Origin: an uncultured bacterium
Lineage (GTDB): Bacteria > CSSED10-310 > CAZUFC01
Assembly: GCA_964619725.1 (NCBI GenBank)
Contig: CAZUFC010000131.1
Coordinates: 1 to 21,458, forward strand
DNA length: 21,458 bases
Reading direction: 5' to 3'
The notes beneath the pieces are model-generated. The model did no database searches and was not told where the DNA came from. It was given only the letters and a program-made list of their open reading frames with translations. Position numbers and translations under genes: made by a program. Below, one piece after another: positions 18,201 through 21,458 of this stretch (within the stretch, counting starts at the first letter, position 1; each line of letters starts with the position of its first letter).

Positions 18201-20740
18201 CGGCCGGATTGCCCAATTTATGCGTACCGACTCCTTCTCCTGTCCCCACGCCGGCGTATAATATAGTCGTCAACGAAATTGAATATGATGATGAAGGAAC
18301 TGACGATCGAAACTATATCGAATTATACGGCCCGCCGGGCGCCGAGCTTCAGAATTATTCCGTTCAAATTTTAAATCAGGATTGCACAATATTGACCGCA
18401 ATAGTCCTTAACGGTCATGTAATCCCGAATGACGGATTTTTCGTAATTGGAATGCCGGCGCTCGGTGATGTCGTCGACCTTGTAGATTCAGAAAACCTGG
18501 AAAAACTCCAAAACGGCCCTTGTGATGCGGTAAGGTTGGTATACGGCGAAGAGGAAATAATAATCGACAGCGTACAATATGAACCGGACTTTTGCGAGGA
18601 AATGTGCGGTGAGGGATATCCCGCTCCGGAAGCTTCTGACATCTACAGCATAGGCCGATTCATAGACGGTTATGATACGAACGGCAACTCTTATGATTTC
18701 TGCGTTTGCTATACGAGTCCCGGTTCTGCTAACTCATGCATACCCGAATGGACGCCGCCGACTTTTACCCCGACGAACACGCCAGGCGAAACGCCGCCGG
18801 CGACTCCGACGGAGACGGTTCCTACGGTCACACCTTCGCCCACTGTTCCCCTGTTTTGCTTCCATCACGGGGATGTCGACAGTAATAGAATCATTACAGC
18901 GGGCGATGCGCAGACAGCTTATCGGATTGCCATGGAAATCCATTACCCAACGTATTATGAGGAGTGTGCCGCCGACTGCAACGGTGATATGGCCATTACA
19001 ACATCCGATGCTCAATCAATCTTTAACAGCGGGCTCGGGACAGATCAATGCACTGATAATATAAGTCAGGAAAATATTTTACCAGATGCATTGCTGAACA
19101 GTCCTTACTACGCACAATTACCTTTGCCGAACGACACAGAACCGGAAGAGATATATTATCGTTTCATTAGCGGAGTATTACCGCCTGGCTTGCAATTTAA
19201 ATCATGGGGAATAATAAAAGGCGCCCCTGTCAGTCTCGGCGCTTTTTCTTTTACTATAGCCGCTTACGATATCTCAGGACCTTTAGAGGAATGGATTTTC
19301 TCTATTGGCGTAAAAAACACACATAATGAACTTGCATCCATAATGGGCATCGTTGTTGATCGAAAAACAGAGTTACCAGTTGAAAATGCAGAAGTTACTG
19401 TTTTCGGATACGATGAAATAGAAACAAGCGACGAAAACGGGATTTATTCACTGGATGTGCCGACGGGTGAAATACTTATTCAGATAAAGAAGGAGGGCTA
19501 CGTCCCAATTAATCTGAAAATACAAACTTTTCCCGAAGAGCAGAACGCTCATTATCAGAATATACCTCGAGCAGAATTACAACCCTTAAATGAACCAATT
19601 CATGTAGGCCCTGAAGGGGGAATATTCACTTTCGAGGATAATTCGGATAGAACTTACGAACTTCGAATACCGTCAGGCGCTTTGGATTCAGAAACCGACA
19701 TTTCAATTACTCCTCTTAATTTGATGCCGTCTGTATCTGATCGAATGATTACGAATCCTGTACATATTTATCCTCCGAATCTTCAATTCAATGAGCCTGT
19801 CCAGTTGAAAGCGCCTTTAGGAATTAACATGGATTGCAATACCGAGATAGCGCTTTCTGAATTTCATCAGGATTTTATTGGTTGGCGGCGCAGCATCAAA
19901 AAAGCGGTCGTTGATGAAAATGGTGAAGATGCAATAATTGAGTTTACTGAATTCCCATTTTTTAATGAGCTTTCCAAGGACAAAGCTAAGGAAATGCTTT
20001 CAACGACATTGGGACTGGATTTCGGAGATAACGTATCCTGGAATGAACAGAATGAGCAACCGGATGCCCAGATTTGTGACGCTTCGGTCGGCGGATATAT
20101 AATTAATATATCATCCGTAAATGAGAACGAACAACAGGGGTCGCCAATGATTTCAAATATAGATAATTGTCAAGGGGCAGCTCCTGTAGTAGATACCTGG
20201 CAAGAATGCAAGAAAGATACGGTTCACTGGGAAGTGGGCGGCAGTGTAAGCGGTGAAGCCGGTTGGACAATAGCCGGCCTGGTTCAAGCAAAAGTCGGTT
20301 TTGAAATAAGCGGTTCCTATGGACAGGATTCAGAACATGAAGTTTGTTCATCTTCGCAGCATACCATTCCCCCTGGTTATACATCGAAAATTATAAAGCG
20401 ATGGGATGTTTTAACGAAAACTGTGGAAGGAGAGGTTTATCAGAGACAATGCTATTGGGGAGTAATTCGAACGGTTTTGATAGATGATTTCAGTATCGTG
20501 ACTAAGCAACACAATAACTATTATAAAGCCATCGACACTAAATGCACTCCAACACCGTCTCCATCGCCGACATTTACACCATCCCCGACAATGACTTCTA
20601 CTCCAACCGCAACGTTAACGCCGACGTCTACTATTTCTCCAACGCCGACAAAAACTCAATCCATTACTCCATCACCTTCTTTAACGCCTGTTACCCCACT
20701 TCCAACCATAGAGCCGGAACCATCCATTACCATTTACTAA
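15233..20740 (+). CDS. Large secreted multidomain dockerin-bearing protein (ComEC-type MBL fold, tandem PLD-like, IPT/TIG, 2x lamin-tail, dockerin, Ig-like, carboxypeptidase-regulatory-like, ZU5-like, aerolysin-like segment, Pro/Thr linkers)
   Basis: aaggag RBS + TTG; signal peptide ending SHA; IDVGYGDAVLIKSP..LYDAG..ENDFSIALLVEYGEF..TGD; HIKGASFD; PVIDSIIP..IYGSNF; two INE(I)..FVELYGPPG-type domains; GDVDSNRIITAGDAQ..AADCNGDMAITTSDAQ; SGVLPPGL; VGPEGG..LRIPSGAL. Confidence 0.85.
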   Translation: MKYGQFISLAMTIIYFSMSWFGVSHAEEKGIVEIHHIDVGYGDAVLIKSPTGESLLYDAGGRGKGYTEVLSYLIRQGIDGANDALDYMVISHYEPEQYGGIQEVIFGLDREPGDMHYNDDLRPEIAIYDRGWSGCGIDYENYLRAAGDMRQTLQPGEIFSMGPVTVECVAVNGIIDGVDYRPGDKISEECGGPAGYRENDFSIALLVEYGEFRYLVTGDLPMEFEAALGDYLETVDVYRAGERGGSSCSSQHFIGEINPSLSVISSGRNAFGNPQTEILSRLGQQGELYQTHVDGDVIIKSNSVDFWKEDIPEPEGKVNVYFDHDVDHEYIMYGGIPATWEVNIQEKFLERIEEADESILICMTHLNRSDATPICQALADKANAMGGIDIRVMIDYSMDNENNFNLNMLRDAGIPVQNNGENEYDYSMHIKGASFDAGGSSTEDDRLWIASLHRFRTTYYHKMAAIYLDIGNAELAAAFVEEFEVMWDDDGPDGHEDEPCCLTCKKFEYPSRIDFIVDDKPWTFIPAARRILDEDFNRHRTSMWETVKLADMTYPRFGSFDGGFGYYSDYTCHANHEFLIMTMQLSFLSKSTCYFHYFSPFDLYEALERRRLQSGIDIKGKLYKSSYEYPPHWPAWPEVVHQGDISTHEHYGIFDGLHYDSAPAVAFGSRRWTRLSEEHHDEVSLISWDPMIVNQFVQEFAARYAENYGVLENPKPVIDSIIPGYAFPEETTPVMIYGSNFDVNDRLAVKIGERFCGVNLETSRSWAIDAVIPEGLEPGDYTVEVVNSSGWHAEYAIQILENGAQTPTAPPTPEQTTTPTPTQVPPPTDTPLPTFTPASVIVINEIYFDDPGVDDHSFVELYGPPGASLNGYTITPANQDGCEICNIRLDGYSIPQDGFFVASMSGLINADLINDTCLPLLPNGPCDSVWLLYNDVIVDAVQYGPPEECSHFYGEGQPAAEPIGYNSISRIADGWDTDNNYDDFCESELTAGLPNLCVPTPSPVPTPAYNIVVNEIEYDDEGTDDRNYIELYGPPGAELQNYSVQILNQDCTILTAIVLNGHVIPNDGFFVIGMPALGDVVDLVDSENLEKLQNGPCDAVRLVYGEEEIIIDSVQYEPDFCEEMCGEGYPAPEASDIYSIGRFIDGYDTNGNSYDFCVCYTSPGSANSCIPEWTPPTFTPTNTPGETPPATPTETVPTVTPSPTVPLFCFHHGDVDSNRIITAGDAQTAYRIAMEIHYPTYYEECAADCNGDMAITTSDAQSIFNSGLGTDQCTDNISQENILPDALLNSPYYAQLPLPNDTEPEEIYYRFISGVLPPGLQFKSWGIIKGAPVSLGAFSFTIAAYDISGPLEEWIFSIGVKNTHNELASIMGIVVDRKTELPVENAEVTVFGYDEIETSDENGIYSLDVPTGEILIQIKKEGYVPINLKIQTFPEEQNAHYQNIPRAELQPLNEPIHVGPEGGIFTFEDNSDRTYELRIPSGALDSETDISITPLNLMPSVSDRMITNPVHIYPPNLQFNEPVQLKAPLGINMDCNTEIALSEFHQDFIGWRRSIKKAVVDENGEDAIIEFTEFPFFNELSKDKAKEMLSTTLGLDFGDNVSWNEQNEQPDAQICDASVGGYIINISSVNENEQQGSPMISNIDNCQGAAPVVDTWQECKKDTVHWEVGGSVSGEAGWTIAGLVQAKVGFEISGSYGQDSEHEVCSSSQHTIPPGYTSKIIKRWDVLTKTVEGEVYQRQCYWGVIRTVLIDDFSIVTKQHNNYYKAIDTKCTPTPSPSPTFTPSPTMTSTPTATLTPTSTISPTPTKTQSITPSPSLTPVTPLPTIEPEPSITIY

Positions 20741-20809
20741 AAATGAAAGGCAAAGAAATGAATTCTTCATCTAAAAACAGATACTTTAGAGCATCACAGG
20801 GAGGAAACG

Positions 20810-21442
20810 ATGCAAATAAATAGAAGTTTAACGATTTTCTCAATCTTACTTGCGTTTTCAATTTTTGGAGCGGTTTATCCTGTGGCGGCAGAGGTTGAAA
20901 TCGATCAGATTTGGCTGACGGATGCTGCGGGCGGTTCAGGCTCATCATTGCAGGTTGAATTAAGAATGGAAAACGACATCAATTCGGTTGACGCCTTCAC
21001 GATTTATGTTTCCTACGACCCGGACATGTTGAGTTTCGAATCCTGCGAAACGGGCGACATCCAACCTTCAGGCGGGTGGACCTATTTCGGCTGTCATAAT
21101 CCTGATCGACCGGGCAATTTGATTAAAATACTGGGCATGCATTTTTCAGATGAGGTCCCCTCCGGCAGCTACGGCAAATTAGCCGTGCTGAATTTTACCG
21201 TGACGTGTGATTCCTGCGTTAACGGGGATGCGAGCATGTTCAGAATTCAAGCTTTATGGGACGACGTCCAAGGATTTGAAGCTGCGGACGGCAGGTTCGT
21301 TTTCACCGGCGGTGATCCTACCCCAACACCGACGATTCCGCCCATACCCAGCGTGAACGCCTCCGGAATATTTGCGATACTGAGTTTGTTCACGCTCTTG
21401 TTCCTGATGCGCTTCAGTAGAAGAAAGAGCTTACGTCCTTAA
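20810..21442 (+). CDS. Single-cohesin anchoring protein with IPTL-CTERM-like C-terminal sorting/TM signal
   Basis: ggagg RBS; signal peptide; LQVELRMEN..VDAFTIYVSYDPDMLSF..GKLAVLNFTV cohesin pattern; PTPTPT linker; IPSVNASG + hydrophobic helix + RFSRRK. Confidence 0.8.
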   Translation: MQINRSLTIFSILLAFSIFGAVYPVAAEVEIDQIWLTDAAGGSGSSLQVELRMENDINSVDAFTIYVSYDPDMLSFESCETGDIQPSGGWTYFGCHNPDRPGNLIKILGMHFSDEVPSGSYGKLAVLNFTVTCDSCVNGDASMFRIQALWDDVQGFEAADGRFVFTGGDPTPTPTIPPIPSVNASGIFAILSLFTLLFLMRFSRRKSLRP

Positions 21443-21458
21443 TCGAATGACCACGGTC

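Overview
A 21.5-kb bacterial chromosomal window; no rRNA, tRNA or CRISPR array was seen. Left to right: the 5' part of a Cys-rich PAS/poly-HAMP chemoreceptor-type gene (absent from the ORF track, runs off the left edge) behind a sigma54-like promoter; MITE/REP-like repeats, an orphan IS630-type HTH and a recurring 7-4-7 palindrome; a DUF169 protein; an MNT nucleotidyltransferase with an apparently truncated partner; a fused ADP-forming acyl-CoA synthetase; a secreted collagen-like protein; a membrane protein; a CDF transporter interrupted by TAA; and pepC. The most notable part is 13.0-21.4 kb. An atypical ECF-like sigma factor with two tandem region-4-like domains and a zf-HC2/TM/TPR anti-sigma are transcribed divergently from a 1835-aa secreted mosaic protein (degenerate ComEC-type MBL and PLD folds, IPT, 2x lamin-tail, dockerin, Ig/ZU5-like domains, aerolysin/ETX-like hairpin). 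The next gene encodes a single-cohesin protein with an IPTL-CTERM-like membrane anchor. Together these suggest a non-cellulosomal cohesin-dockerin surface display system with its own sigma/anti-sigma control. All domain calls are by eye, not by database search.
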